Shown here: positions 1 through 12,863 of the stretch, piece after piece | How the letters are laid out: the number at the start of each line of letters is the position of its first letter | How positions within the stretch are numbered: position 1 is the stretch's first letter | Source of the DNA: Phoronis australis | Taxonomy: Eukaryota > Animalia > Phoronida | DNA: 64,000 bases | Direction of reading: 5' to 3' | Assembly: GCA_002633005.1 (NCBI GenBank) | Contig: NMRA01000153.1 | Location: forward strand, 146,042 to 210,041 | Position numbers and translations under genes: made by a program | The notes under the pieces: generated by a model | The model's input: only the letters and a program-made list of their open reading frames with translations | The model's database searches: none | What the model was told of the DNA's origin: nothing

Positions 1-1450
1 TAGAGGGCATATATGTAGTATGTTGTACTTTGCAAAATGGAAAGGCATGGTCATTGTCTCCTCAATAGGCTAGGGGCAAAATGTGAGTGATCTTCATAAT
101 ACAAGCACATCCTATACATCAGTTGCTTAAAGCACGACAGAAACATAGAATTAAAAACAAATTTACCAACATACGAGATTAGCACAGCATTAGAATGCCA
201 GAAACAAATTTCTACTTGGAACTTTTCCTTCATAGTCACGAAGTAACACAAAGTATACACCTGAAGACCTATGAAAATACAGAGGTCAATGTAAAATACT
301 AAAATTGCCACTAGAGGCAAATACTAAAATTGCCACTAGAGGCATACCGGTAGTCAGAATCATCCTAAAGTCGTCATCGTCCGTTGTCAACATCACATAA
401 ATACACTTGCTAAATTTAGTAAAGATCCTGCAAACGGTTTGGGAGATACAGCCATGGGCGCAAAAAAAAACTGCCACTAGGAGGCGCCACAGTAATCAAA
501 GTCATGGGAAATTCAGCGTCAACCGTCCTCTTCATAGTAAGAACATACATGCCAATTTTCACAATCATACTTAGAGCTGTTTGGTTGATAGAGGGGTGGA
601 CGGCAAAAAACAGACTCAAAAACAGTAAAAATGGCCACAGGGTGTCGCAAACTAATCCATCCGAAAACGGGAGGATAGCGTCATCGCACTAATAGGTGCC
701 TACATACCAAATTTCATGAAAATCCGTAAAGGACTTGTGAAGATACAGAGGTAAACGTAAAAAAATAAAATTGCCACTAGGGGACACACTGGTAGGCGTC
801 TCCATCCAAAAGTCGTCATCCTCTGTTGTTAACATCATATAAATACACTTATTAAATTTCGTAAAGATCCTGCGAACGGTTTAGGAGATACAGCCATAGG
901 CGCAAAAAAACAAAACTGCCACTAGGAGGCGCCACAGTAGTCCAAATCGTCTCAAAATCATTGTCAGCTGTCTTTTTTATAGTAAGCACATACATGCCAA
1001 TTTTCACAATCATCCTTTGAGTGGTTTGGTTGATAGAGGGGTGGACGCAAAAATACAGACTCGAAAACAGTAAAAATGGCCACTAGGTAGCGCAAACTAT
1101 GTTGAATCCATCTGAAAACGGGAGGATAGCGTCATCTCACTAATAGATGCCTACATACCAAATTTCATGAAAATCCGTTCAGGACTTTTGAAGATACAAA
1201 GGTAAGCGTAAAAAATTAAAATTGCCACTAGGGGGAAAACCGGTAGTCGGATCCGTCCGAAAGTTCGCACATGCCGTCCCATTCATGAATGGAACGTATG
1301 TGCCAAATTTTATGAACGTATGTCAAAGGGTTTTGGAGATAGAGCAGCGGACACCGGATGGACACCGCACAGACGGACGGACGGACGGACAGACGGACGG
1401 ACGGAGATGACGGTATAATGCGTCCACATATAAATATGTGGGCGCATAAT
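1..1450 (-). mobile_element. Helentron-associated non-autonomous element (HINE/DINE-1-like), copy 1, cut by the window start
   Basis: Terminal subTIR/inverted repeat ATGCGTCCACATATAAATATGTGGGCGCAT (~1418-1447), (GACG/GACA)n microsatellite at ~1370-1405, and central ~150 bp tandem subunits in a ~445 bp higher-order period. Near-identical inverted copy at 36796-37861. Confidence 0.8.
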
Positions 1451-2428
1451 AATTAATTTGGCAGGTGACACTTTCCTATTAAAAATTATACATCACCACA
1501 GAACAAATAGCACTAGTAAGGTTTGTAAGGTGAAGTGAATCATCTCCTAAGACAAAAAAAATCTATTTAATTCCACAAGGATCAGCTGAGCTATTAGACA
1601 GACTGCCTATGAAAAGGCATTTTTGTGATTAAATTCCTTTCACTTGGACTGCAACAGAACTCTGCAGAAGGGTTGCACATTTTATAACTAAGATTTGAGA
1701 CATTTTAGTATAGCCTGATGATTTTTATTAGATTATAATCCAACATATAAACAATTTGTAGAATTTAAAACCCCTACATTATTATGTTGAAAAAAATTCA
1801 CAGAAGGGCGATTTGGTTCATAGAAGCTCCAACAAATGGATCCCGTTTTAAATATATTTTACTGTCTAAAAGGGTGGGTTTACAGCTTGTCAACTCTCTA
1901 GAAGAGGGTATCCTAAATTCCCAGCAGCACACCTCTTCAAAATACATAGGAGATTCCTGAAGGGTTAATAGACCAAACATATCCCCAGTTTACATTACTG
2001 TGTACTTAAGTATCGTTATCAAAAGAATATCAGTAACCATCAAATTGGCACTTTCAAGTACTGGTACCCAACCCTAGTTACGACAATAACCGACAAACAA
2101 ATTTAGCCAAAAACTGAAATTGCCAACAGGGAGTGCTATGGTACTTGACTGCCTGAAAAGCAACTGGTGACAGCGCACTGCCAACACATACTACTACAAC
2201 ATCGAGATTCAGCGGTTAAAGTCGAATCCATTCGCTAATCAACCCTAGTGCCGACCATATATACGGCAGCTTTCATCATGATTCATCAAGTGGTTTTCGT
2301 AAAAATTAATAAACAAGCAAAAGTAACGACGAACAACGAGATGATAACTATTTGCGACCAAATTGTTTGAGGGAGCATAAAACTAAAATTGTTACATACA
2401 TCCAAGCTTACTTAGCCCCGCGTACACA

Positions 2429-2610
2429 ACTCAGTAGTTATATACGGCTCAAGGATGAACTGGAACTATATGACAATCCTTGCATAAGACTCAGTAGTTA
2501 TATACGATTTAAGGATGAACTGGAACTATATGACAATCCTTGCATAAGACTCAGTAGTTATATACGATTTAAGGACCAACTGGAACTATATGACAATCCT
2601 TGCATAAGAC
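2429..2610. repeat. 60-bp tandem repeat, 3 copies
   Basis: Unit ACTCAGTAGTTATATACGATTTAAGGATGAACTGGAACTATATGACAATCCTTGCATAAG recurs in register on successive 60-nt lines. Confidence 0.95.
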
Positions 2611-2996
2611 TTCTCTTGCATCACACGAAAGTTGGATTCAAGTGACTAATCATACATCTTTTTTTAAGCCTCAAAAGTCAAGTGAGAACAACAGTCCTGT
2701 CTACACATTCCACTTAGGCTATTTCTCCATGGTCATATTCCATTTTTCAAAGGTTGATTATTTTGCTGCATTGGAAAATATCAAACAGTCATTTTACTAC
2801 ATCTACACAGAATAAGCCATGGCAGTAGACTAAAATTTCCTTGATCTTTATATTTGTGGAGAAATTTGACATAATAGAATTTCACTTGTCGGCCATATTG
2901 TGAGCTAAATAAGTGAAGAGTAACCGTCTCAGTTCTTTACGATACTCATTTATGAAAACATGTACGGGTATCGGAGCGACATGACGCAACACTAAC

Positions 2997-3165
2997 CTGA
3001 AACAGCTTCAAAACATTGAAACGTAAGGGCAAACCCCCTCCTTGTAAAATGATACGGGGAAGTGATGCGAAGCAGCAAGCTCAAGTCATTATGTGAATCC
3101 TCGTACACGGGTCGCTTGCCTGCTGATCCCCAAAACGTGATCATTTTCTTTAGCCCGCGGTAAAC
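2997..3165 (-). CDS. CUB-domain protein, coding exon 3 (C-terminal half of CUB domain)
   Basis: TTTTTGCAG acceptor, GTTAGT donor, 169 nt, phase 0 to 1. Encodes VYRGLKKMITFWGSAGKRPVYEDSHNDLSLLLRITSPYHFTRRGFALTFQCFEAVS with the CUB-type RGF.L.F ending; in frame with exon 5982-6157. Confidence 0.8.
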
Positions 3166-3841
3166 CTGCAAAAATATTTCCACTGTATACTCTGCTGGTA
3201 CATTGACAAAATCTCACCAATTCTCCCATGGCGTGGGGGATGGGTGCTTTATTTTATAATCACTTTTGTAACAGATGTTCTCTATGGAAAAAGCATCGCA
3301 AAAAATTAGCAAATTTGGAAGGGATTAGTTAATTGTCTGAAAAGTGTCATAGCTCACTGAAAACAGTCTTTCTGTAAGATTCACCTAATTAATGAAAATC
3401 AAGTGGTGCTGATGAATTTGTCAATACACAAAGTTAAGTGAAGTAACTCCGGTTTCAAATGGCCTTGTTGACAAGACCAGAATATCTGTGGTAAACTTAA
3501 TTTAAGATGGTTTCTGCAATTTGGGAAATCAAAACTGAGAAAAGGGGTATTTAAAAATTTTTCATTATAAGAGAAGAACATTTTTCCATACAAAAGAAAA
3601 ATCGCAAATGGAAACTCAGTGACCAATGGGTAGACCATTCGTTTCAAATTTGCAGTATGAAAGACAGAATCAGTGGTTAGAATACCTGATTTATAAACGT
3701 GAAGTTTTACTTCAAGCCATCATGTGCTAGCTACAACCTCTCAAGTTGGCTTAAATTTTAGTCTTACATGGACCATGAGCAGCATCACTATATGCTTTGA
3801 CAAACACACATTTTCATTGTCTTTATAAAACTTGTTCTATT

Positions 3842-4140
3842 TTGCCCTGTTTAGCTTGCTAAAAAATGAAAACCGAATCATGCCTTTCATTCTAAAAAAA
3901 TTAGTTGCTAACTCAAGTTACGGACATTGCGTACAAGCGCCATTTTCATGTTCACAAATTTTAGGGTACGTCAACCCATATAAAGTTTGAAGTGTTTTTT
4001 TGAATAAGCCATTGATGGTTTTGATGTCCTTGTTGGCAACAGAAATACAATCGTATCATGGTAAGAAATATTATGACTAGATTTTATGAGAGTAAAAGGC
4101 CAAATTCTATTTTCGTTTTTTGACCAGCTAAACAGGGCAA
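3842..4140. mobile_element. MITE
   Basis: Imperfect ~37 bp terminal inverted repeats, TTGCCCTGTTTAGCT... / ...AGCTAAACAGGGCAA. Confidence 0.7.
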
Positions 4141-4276
4141 GATTCAGCTTATCACGATATTGAATTTGATGTTAAAAATAAGTGAAAGCCGGTTTATCAG
4201 GGACGCGGATCAGGTTTTCAATGATGGATAACCGATGTGAGATTGATTAATCTTCTCCACAATGATGTACAACTGT

Positions 4277-4527
4277 TCAGAAATTCTTCACTTATTTCGC
4301 GCAGAAATAATTGCCAAAATCATAATTTTTCAAATTTTCAAAGTTCAATTACTTTGCTACAAATAGTGGAAACTTTACCAAATTTTATTTCATGGCACTT
4401 ATACATTACAAACCATGCCAGTGATAGATTACATTTTTGTTTATCTTTATTTGTGTGGAAAAATTAAACAAAATAGAATTTCATTTGTCTGCCATATTGT
4501 GAGCTAAATAAGTGAAGAGTAACCGTA
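4277..4527. mobile_element. Old pogo/Tigger-like MITE, member of an abundant local family
   Basis: AATTCTTCACTTATTT ... AAATAAGTGAAGAGTAACCGT inverted ends. The same end motif (AGAATTTCA..TGTC.GCCATATTGTGAGCTAAATAAGTGAAGA) occurs at ~2872-2927, ~26157-26348 (reverse), ~58280-58335, ~58775-58828 and ~63638-63690. Confidence 0.6.
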
Positions 4528-5981
4528 ATATCATTGGTTAATGTCACCTCAAAGTGATGCATAACTGTAACATGATAGGTTAATCTCCTCCACAATGATA
4601 GATAACTAATTATACGATTGATTCATCTCCTTCACACACCACAGCATAGTAATTATTGCTCACATCTTGAAAATAGCTCATTATTATGTTTTCCAATAGT
4701 GATGACCACAGTAACAATTCAACAGCAGACATTTTCTGATAGCAGCGATATAATGAAGTACCCCTTTTCGCTAAATGGACTTGAAAAGTTGGTGAACATT
4801 GTAGACTGATATTGAATGGGGAATTAACGCAGCAAGATTTACTGGCACTTTTATACATTCTTTGCCATCATAATTCTGTCAAATTAGAAGTATTCAAATA
4901 ATTTCGACTGTGACAGGAGCGCTGTCTATTGATGGAGTCGTGAGTTAAGTCGAGTCGTCAGTTAAGACTAAGTTTAGTTCCAGAAGCTAGAGTGGGTTAT
5001 TATATTTTAAAGGGGTGTAAGATGGTCAATTCCCTATCTGGTACTTCCAATGACGAAATTTTTACTTGTATTTTGATTGGTTTTTATATTTAACTTGAGA
5101 CCCCTATTTTAGCATAATTTGGAACATTCGCGGTGTGAATAGGCCTATAAAAATGGGCTACACACGCTTCGGAATTTGCCAGGTCTCGATTCTATCTGCA
5201 AGGAATCCCAACCAAACAAACTAACTGTTTGGGCCTTTTTAATTTGGACTTTAACCTTTTTTGGAGAATTTTTCTTGCTTTTAAAGTCTTAGGGTTATAA
5301 GTCAAAGCTGAAATGTCGACAGAAGTTAGTGATGAGTTGTAAGTTTGTAGATTTGTATTTCATATTTAGTGCATAATAAACTCAGTATATTTATCTTCTG
5401 TCTTGTTTCTCTCTCTATAAGTTGTCACCATGGTTCTCTCGTATGCGATTCGAACGAGTGAAAAAGTACACAACGCTGCAGATATTTTTATCGGCTACGA
5501 ACAGTCGACATTTTAGATACTAAGTAGATCGGTGCTGGTCGCTCCACCAATTCCCGTTACATCAACAAACAATTCTATCTCAAAATGTCCCGTGGATGAA
5601 AGAAATGGCGTCTTAACTCTGGCCATTTTGCACACCAGAACACGAGATTGGGGTCACGCAGCAGGCTTGAGTTTTAAGTCAAATCTTTGAAATTGATCAG
5701 TTTTGGCAAAATTGCTCATGATAGACGACTGGTGATCACATAATAAACACTTCAAAAACTTATGCTGAGTAGCGTCAGCAGGCCCTTAAACAAATAGAAT
5801 CTGAAAGAACACTTTGCGTATAATAAACTGATACAAGGAACACATTGAGACATCAACAGGACTTTGTGGAATGTGTTGCACCTGAGGTACTTTTTGTGGG
5901 ATAGGCCTACGACCTTTATCACAAGAATAAATTTTTATCTGAGTTCATAAAACCATAAAACAATTTGTACAATGCTGTTAC

Positions 5982-6157
5982 CTCGATTGAGTCCGATGGT
6001 TCCAGGTCAAAGTCATCAAATACAAGCCGGGTGGCTGTTTTGTCGCAAGCAATCTTCCAAACATAGTGGTCTGCTGGGTAGGAATGCGGATAACCCAATG
6101 AATGGATCTTGCCCCATTGTTTGCCATTCCCAACAACCACAGTAGGTGGACAACCGT
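5982..6157 (-). CDS. CUB-domain protein, coding exon 2 (N-terminal half of CUB domain)
   Basis: TGTTCCAG acceptor, GTAACA donor, 176 nt, phase 1 to 0. Encodes (D)GCPPTVVVGNGKQWGKIHSLGYPHSYPADHYVWKIACDKTATRLVFDDFDLEPSDSIE, matching CUB motifs G.I.S..YP..YP, W.I and L.F.DF.LE. Confidence 0.85.
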
Positions 6158-6229
6158 CTGGAACAGTACATAGATGAAGTTCACAGCTGTATCAGTGCTT
6201 CAATAAAACGCATACTGCATGGAAACAAT

Positions 6230-6660
6230 CTTTGTGACTAAAAATCTAGTCATGGCTAACTTAGTCAAACTTCTAGTCAAGCCAAATATATACTAGTTTC
6301 TTCATTTATATAACTGGGACATACTAAAGCTTTAATTCATTGATAGTAAAAAGCGTATCGCTCTAGTCACAACTAATGTGGTAGTCATGACTAAGACTCT
6401 AGTCGTGACTAGGACTTTAGTCATGACCTAGTGCTCTAGTGAGGACTAATGCTCTAGTCATACTAGAGTGTTCAGTCATCATTAGAGCTTTACACCTTTT
6501 ACTCAGAGCTTCAGTACGCCCTAATTATGCAAATAAGTGAATAAAAGATTAATAAATCCATTCAAATACATATCATGAAAAATCCCTAGTCACACTTTAG
6601 TCATTACTAAAATGGCTCTTACTGTGACTAAAACATGACTAATATTTGGCTAAACTATGA
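6230..6660. repeat. Degenerate array of short palindromic TAGTCATGACTA-like motifs
   Basis: Many variants of CTAGTCATGACTA, about 20 nt apart where densest. Confidence 0.6.
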
Positions 6661-6922
6661 ATAAGCTGAGCTAAAGTGTACACAGGATAATACATGGCCT
6701 CCTCAATGGCTCCACTTTGTTGGTGCACCACCAGAAATTCAAAAATAAACTTTGTTTCTTTAAAACAAAAATCACTTAGTCAATATTTATGCCTGCGAGA
6801 AAATTCATGTATTTTCAATAAAGACAAAACTTTCTCTGGTTTTTATCAGAGACTAGAAACACAACGTATAGGTGTAGAAAGTGGACATCCCACAAACCAT
6901 AGCATATACCGACATATCATAA

Positions 6923-7416
6923 GGCCCTTTCATATTAACTTAACTCCGGTCTGAGTAGAGCGTCGACGTAAACAGCGCAGTTAACTGGACCGTTCATACT
7001 GGCTTCGGTTAATGACCATCGAAGTTAAGGGTTGGTGACGCTGAAGTCATCGAAGTTATCGCAAGGTAGCGCTGCACGCTAAGATTTTTTTCAAAGTGAC
7101 AATTTGGGAACATTTAAATGTGCTAAATGACATTAAACTCATTTTTAAATCGATTGGTTATCATTAGAGCAAAAAATAAGTAGTTATTAGTGATGGCACT
7201 ACTCTGTAACTGTTGACGATAACAGTGGCACCTAGCGATAACTTCGATTGGACCAGAGTTAAGCGTTCATACTGCACCGCAGCGTCGACGCTGCGGTCTT
7301 AAATCCACCTACTAACTGCGATGTTAACTGGAGCTGTTAACTGCGATCCAGGACCGGAGTTAAGCGTTCATACTGACCGCAACTCCCCAAACCATCGACG
7401 TTAGTATGAAAGGCCC
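6923..7416. mobile_element. PIF/Harbinger-type MITE, full copy
   Basis: TIRs GGCCCTTTCATATTAAC / GTTAGTATGAAAGGCCC with TAA and TAG flanks; second, 3'-truncated copy at 22287-22682. Confidence 0.8.
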
Positions 7417-8194
7417 TAGAGGCAAGTATACTATCTAGACATTAAAAGTTAAACAAGTGGAGGCTAAAACATGATGATGTTTGAATAAAGATCAAATAGA
7501 AATTCACTGTGTCTCGAAACTCTGGGTAACACTCAACTTGACCTAAACTTGAACAGGCTATGCAACTGGAGATACCCCAGTAAGAATAATCTATCAACAT
7601 TCAGTGCCTGAGTACAGTTTCTCAGGGCAAGCCTTTAAAGCCATAAAAAGTCTGGGAGACCTAGAAATTTGAGCTGCCTCCAATCCTCTCAATGTCCCCT
7701 TGTCGCCACAATTTTCAATTCCTCCAAATCACCCCAATTTTCACCTCCAGTGATCATATCTTTTGAGGGATTCCTGTATCCACGGGTTGATCCCCTGTTG
7801 TGAGCGGGGCCCTCGCGGGTTGATCCCGTTGTGAGTGGGGCCCTAAGATGTAACTTATGGAGCATAATCACTTTTAAGGTAAAAAATACATTTTTATAAT
7901 AATTTTTGGATGGGACTGACTTTTTGAAATTATCAGCTTTCACCAGAGCTATAAAATAATTAATTCCGCTACGTTTTTTGTGATTTTATTACATATTGTC
8001 AATTCTCGCCATTGTCTGCTAGACATTTGCTATAATCAAGGCGATGACAAAAAAAAAACACTTAAATGATCTGCTGTTTGTCAACTGGGAATTAAGCTCC
8101 ATCAGCAGTGTTTGACAGTATGCGATAGGGCTGATCTCAGAAAACCTCATTTCTCACCATTTTTCAAGGTACCTTAAAGTTGTATAGGATTTTA

Positions 8195-8665
8195 GATATG
8201 CGCCCAATTTTGGCCAACTTCATTATATCATATCTCAGAAATGGCTGAATCGATTCACATTTAACTTTCACATACTATGCTTTATACACTATTCTCCAAG
8301 ATGCTGATAGAAATTGTTTTTAAATGTTTCCACTTTTACATGAGGGGGCTATCAAAAATATGATTTTTATAAAAAAATCAAAAGTTACATAAAATGAAAA
8401 TGAACTAACTTAGAAAACTGAAACAGTGGTTTTGAGATTTCATCTTGAACATAGATATACATACGCATATGCATATACGTATATCATTGTATTTATACTG
8501 TTGTCAATTTTGCTACGATGTACCTTTCACTCTCAATAAATTTTGTTACAGAGACATGGTCACATGATCCAAATAATGAATGGTTGGTATAAAGTAAAAA
8601 ATTACATCCAACCGGCTTTCTACTTTCAGAAAATATACTTTTACTCAGTCAAAAGTCAATAAGCA
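8195..8665. repeat. Old dispersed repeat family, probably a DNA transposon remnant
   Basis: CCAATTTTGGCCAACTTCA...ATATCTCAGA and GTATAAAGT.AAAAAT......AC.GGCTTTCTACTTTCAGA blocks recur at ~30000-30100, ~36490-36790, ~42865-42925, ~52190-52260 (reverse) and ~56058-56470. Confidence 0.6.
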
Positions 8666-9193
8666 AACTACTGTGGGGTGATACAGTACCAAGGTTAACT
8701 ATTATTAACTCAAGCATAGAATAGACAGTGATCTTGAGTTTACGCAAAAGTAAAATAAAAAATGCCAAAAGTAAATTTGAGTTTGATTTCAAGTACAAAG
8801 ATTAGACCCCAGCCCAATGTCTACAAAAGCAAAACACGACCCTCAGTATTTTTTTATTCAACAAGTGACCCCATTCAAAATCAGACACCTAGGGATGGAC
8901 GGGGATGACGGCATAATGCATTCACATTAAAACATGTGGGTGCATAATAAATAAATTTACAGCAATGTTGGAAGGAACATACATCAAGGTAATGGTGTAA
9001 TTGGCAATGTTTACTGAGAATCGTTGACCTGCTGATAACAAAACACCAATAAATATCATGATATCTTTGACAAATTGCTGGTCTCTTATGAAATCGAACT
9101 TGAGTTCTCTGTCAAAGCCAAACTGGTCCAGGTGAAATCCTGACTTCATGCTAAACTAATCAAAAGTCGTGAAGAAAACAGAAACTGTGTTAC

Positions 9194-9290
9194 CTTGACC
9201 TAGTTTGTGGCAGTTATTTTGGGCCCGCACATTCTTCAAAACACCGACAAGCACGACCATGAACTGGATGACACCAATGCAGGTCACCAT
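9194..9290 (-). CDS. CUB-domain protein, first coding exon (signal peptide)
   Basis: Strong poly-T acceptor (exon starts at 9295), ATG at 9290, hydrophobic signal-like MVTCIGVIQFMVVLVGVLKNVRAQNNCHKLGQ, GTAACA donor. Phase 1 matches the next CUB exon. Confidence 0.75.
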
Positions 9291-10588
9291 ATTTTCTGAA
9301 AATAAAAAAAAACAAACGGCTTGGACAGGAGACCTACATGAGGGTGATAGTCTGAAAATCATTGGTAACAACTGACAATTAAAGAGAAGAAAAGCAGAGA
9401 CTCCTACATTCTGAATATTTCCGCGAGTTGCCTAATTCAGGTGAGCGTTCTGTTGAGGCCAGCTAAATGTCAAAAAACACACAAGAATTTGTGAAATATT
9501 GCCATGTATTACATTAGCTTCCTTAGTGGAATTGTTGTGTCAATGAAACTGTACCCAGAACTTACCGTAGATATTTGCACCACACCTGTGTAAGTTAGTG
9601 TCCAAAACACCTAGGTTACACCTTCATTCCTAGTTCAAACAGCTAGAACTACTACTATAGTTGCTTAGAAGCACATGTAGTATATTGAATCATATACACA
9701 ATAGTTACAGCAATATAGTTGGTTGTAAATGTTAGATTTATAAATATTTCAAAAAATCATCTTAGATAATTACACACTAGTACTAGTATACTCATTATGC
9801 AATGATCCAGTCTGTATTTCTTGTAACTATATACGTGAAATCAATATACACTAATGAAAACTTGTCTTACATATACTGCATCCAGACTTTTCTCAAATAC
9901 AAAGACACACTACACATTGGTAGCATTGTGGTTTTAACTAATGTTGCTATAAGAAAAATGCAAAAAATGCAAAGATTACTTAATGTGCTACAATGACTCA
10001 TTCGGGAGGGGGGGCATAATGTAGAATTGTCGTGAGGACGTAACTGACAGCGTATCAAGTCCTCACAACAATTCCACGGGGACCCCAGGGTCTCACGCTC
10101 CCCTGGCTTATTACAATAATTTGAAAAGGCTTTTCCCAGCCACATGTATTGTTGTGTGTTATGAAAGAGATAATGATACATGCACCTGACGTGGCAAGTG
10201 GAGGAACTACACTCGTTTATCACATTGGAGTAGACTCACAGTAGAACTGTGGTTTTCTGCTGAGCACAGACCGTCCGGAGTTGTACCACATACCAACTCC
10301 AAACAGTTTCTCACCACCATTTAGCGTTATGGAGCTCCCACAGAAGAGATATATGGGATGATCATGTGATAAGGGATTTGTGGGATTTACCTGAATGCAG
10401 AGACATTTCTATGGAAGGCTCTTGCTACACTAGCACCACCTGGTGAATTTCGAGTCCCCCTTATGGCACGCAATGCTCAACAAATCAACAAATGGCAGAC
10501 AATAACGAACTGCTGCTTTTAAGTGACTTGTCGCACGTGAACCCCTTCCAATTTATAACCTCCCTCGTTTCCAAAGAAAATGATAGAC

Positions 10589-10997
10589 TAGGTCAAAATA
10601 CAGAAAAATTAAGTTCGTTTGCCCTTATCCGACCAACCCGCTAAAAACCTGCGGACTCAGAAAATTTCAGAGACAAAATTAAGTTCCTCTGACTTTTTAT
10701 TCATTACTCTACATAAAGTGCTGTAATCAATTTCTCACTTTTGCTCGACTGACGACACAGCCTTATCGGCAACTTGGCCGTTTTGTGACAAAAAACAGGC
10801 TAAAACCCGTCAACAAAATCGCAATCGTGAGTTGTTGATTTCTCAAGATTCTTGAAGAACGCGTTGCTCATTGGTTGAGAAATAGTAGGAAAATTGATGT
10901 ATGAAGCTATAAATTATTTTTGCTTATCTACCTTCTCAGGTGTTAAAAGTAGGCCCGGTCGGGTAAGGGCAAACAAAGATATTTTTAAGATTGGCCC
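10589..10997. mobile_element. MITE
   Basis: Inverted repeats TTTGCCCTTATCCGACC (10618) / GGTCGGGTAAGGGCAAA (10957), with weaker outer extension. Confidence 0.65.
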
Positions 10998-12079
10998 CCA
11001 CCAATTCTTTACATACTTTGTACTTAAGACAGATTCCTCATGTAATCCAAGTGAAGCACGATTGTTCTAGTCTAACTTTTTTATACATGATTACACAGAT
11101 TCAGTTGAAACCAACCAACACTACACGACCAATCTTATTGAATATTTTCATCGATTAATCAATTTCAAGCCAGGTGGTGTTTCCCGGTTGCCCAGTACCA
11201 CTATCGATAACGGAAGTTTTACTAGTAGGCCTACCAAACTTGGTATGTGGTGAACAGTGATTTCTAATGAAAATGATTGTGACCCTGATTCATATCAGGT
11301 TATAACGACAAATAGGCAGATTTCTCACTTCAGTTAGAGATGTAACCTGTCTACAAAAGTGAGTGTATGTGTAATTTTCATCCATGAAACTGATCATTTT
11401 TTTGTTCGCAACATTTCTTGATAACTCATAGTTCACGACAACTATCACGAGTGGCGCTATTTGTTTAATTCATGGCCTCACTGCAAATGACATCAGCATT
11501 GAGTCTAGTAACACACTGAGTAGGCCTATCTTTCTGACTGACCCCGGTTCAAATGATCGGTTTCAGTTTCCAACACATCCCGCAGGCGATATGCTAGTTG
11601 AAAGTGCTACTGTCTAGGCTGAGCGAACTAAGGGAAGATGCTAACAAAAAAGCATGACAAAACTAACAACACAGGCACTGGTCGAATTAGTCATTCAACA
11701 AAATGCATGCACACTAGCTGCCAGGTGGGGTGGGGGGGGGGGGGGGNGGGGGGGGGGGTGACACAAGTCCGATATAATGGACCCTGATTTTGAGGACAAG
11801 GTTCATATTGACTAAATGAAAGGGGACATTATTTAGTGATTGCTTGGTTCGCTAAATCAGGGCCTACATTATTGACATTACACCAGACTAGTGCCGTGGG
11901 GGGCCCACCTTGGCATGACGACATATGACCCCTTTTTCAAGGTAATTGTGTCCACTTTCAAACCGGACACCTAGGTCCCCTTACCAGCCTTACCTCTTTC
12001 CTTATTCTATGTCATTCTGACACACGGTATAATCTCCATAAATGAAGATAAACTGGTAATAACACAAACGCTGAATCAC

Positions 12080-12443
12080 GTTTCACTCGTCGTTGCTTCC
12101 GTGTAGTAATATTTGGAGTTAGTCGAGTTCCAGCTTTCTGCGTAAGAGGACGCTGTTTGTTAACTGCTTTGGTACCAGTGGTAATCACAATGATTCGGTA
12201 CCTGAGCGTAAAGGAATAGTTCCATTGGTTGGCAAAAGATGTCACAGGAGTGTTTTCACGATTGTCTCCCTTGGAAAAGTGTCGAAGGGAACCTGTCAAA
12301 GATGGCGGTAGGTCCGAAAAGCAGCTGAACAAATTTCCTATCGGATTTTGGAAGTTTTCTAGTCTTTTTCTAGTTACGACTTTTTCAAGTAGCCTGAACG
12401 TATACGGCCTCAGAAGAGCATTACCATCCACACCACATTCACA
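12080..12443 (+). promoter_or_regulatory. Probable septin promoter / 5' UTR with YY1-type motif
   Basis: Locally CpG-richer; AAGATGGCGG at 12299-12308, a YY1 consensus typical just downstream of housekeeping TSSs; lies immediately upstream of the ATG exon. Confidence 0.5.
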
Positions 12444-12458
12444 ATGACTGACCGTCAG
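12444..12458 (+). CDS. SEPTIN2: Septin (SEPT2 group), probable first coding exon MTDRQ
   Basis: ACAATGACTGACCGTCAG|GTGAGG, phase 0. Splices in frame to FTNPEQ..., giving [17 protein letters not shown], comparable to vertebrate SEPT2 ...TQFINPETPGYVGF. Confidence 0.65.
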
Positions 12459-12611
12459 GTGAGGAACTATTATTATTTCAAGTTGCTGTCTAAGTAAACA
12501 AGGACGGTAACGTCAAAATTCGCCCATCCTATTTTTATTTCCAGCCCTAACTTTTTCCAACAGCCCAATACTGAAATACCATAACACCACTTGGGTACTG
12601 TACCATAAGCT

Positions 12612-12863
12612 ATAATAGTTTGCATCTGTAGTGTAGCCGTAGGCGTAGGGAACTGAATCTCGCAAGTAAAGTTAACGTGATCACGTACTTAGTAAGTGAA
12701 TTGGGATGCATGGAGATCTATTCTTTTGGTAGACAGTGACCATCGTATCTAATAGATCTCCATTTATCACAATTCATATTTACAAAGGTTTTGATCACAC
12801 TAGCTTTACTTACGAGATTCAGTGCCCTATGCTTACGGCTACTCTACAGATGCAAACTATTAT
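12612..12863. mobile_element. Foldback/hairpin MITE
   Basis: ATAATAGTTTGCATCTGTAG... / ...CTACAGATGCAAACTATTAT; imperfect arms of ~110 bp. Confidence 0.8.

Noticed and set aside
51-320. 89-aa ORF duplicated at 37449-37718
   Set aside because: Lies inside the two HINE copies; the identity reflects recent transposition, not coding constraint.
2429-2610. Regular repeats as a CRISPR array or repeat protein
   Set aside because: Head-to-tail 60-bp units with no unique spacers, in a eukaryotic intron; a simple minisatellite.
5006-5790. Possible Kolobok-type element (TTAAAGGGG...GGCCCTTAAA)
   Set aside because: Terminal match too short and imperfect to support.
11724-11760. Poly-G run as a promoter G-quadruplex
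   Set aside because: Homopolymer containing an N with unreliable length; such runs are common at repeat ends.
12012-12431. 139-aa minus-strand ORF over the septin promoter
   Set aside because: Non-ATG start and no recognisable motif; likely a chance ORF in GC-richer promoter DNA.
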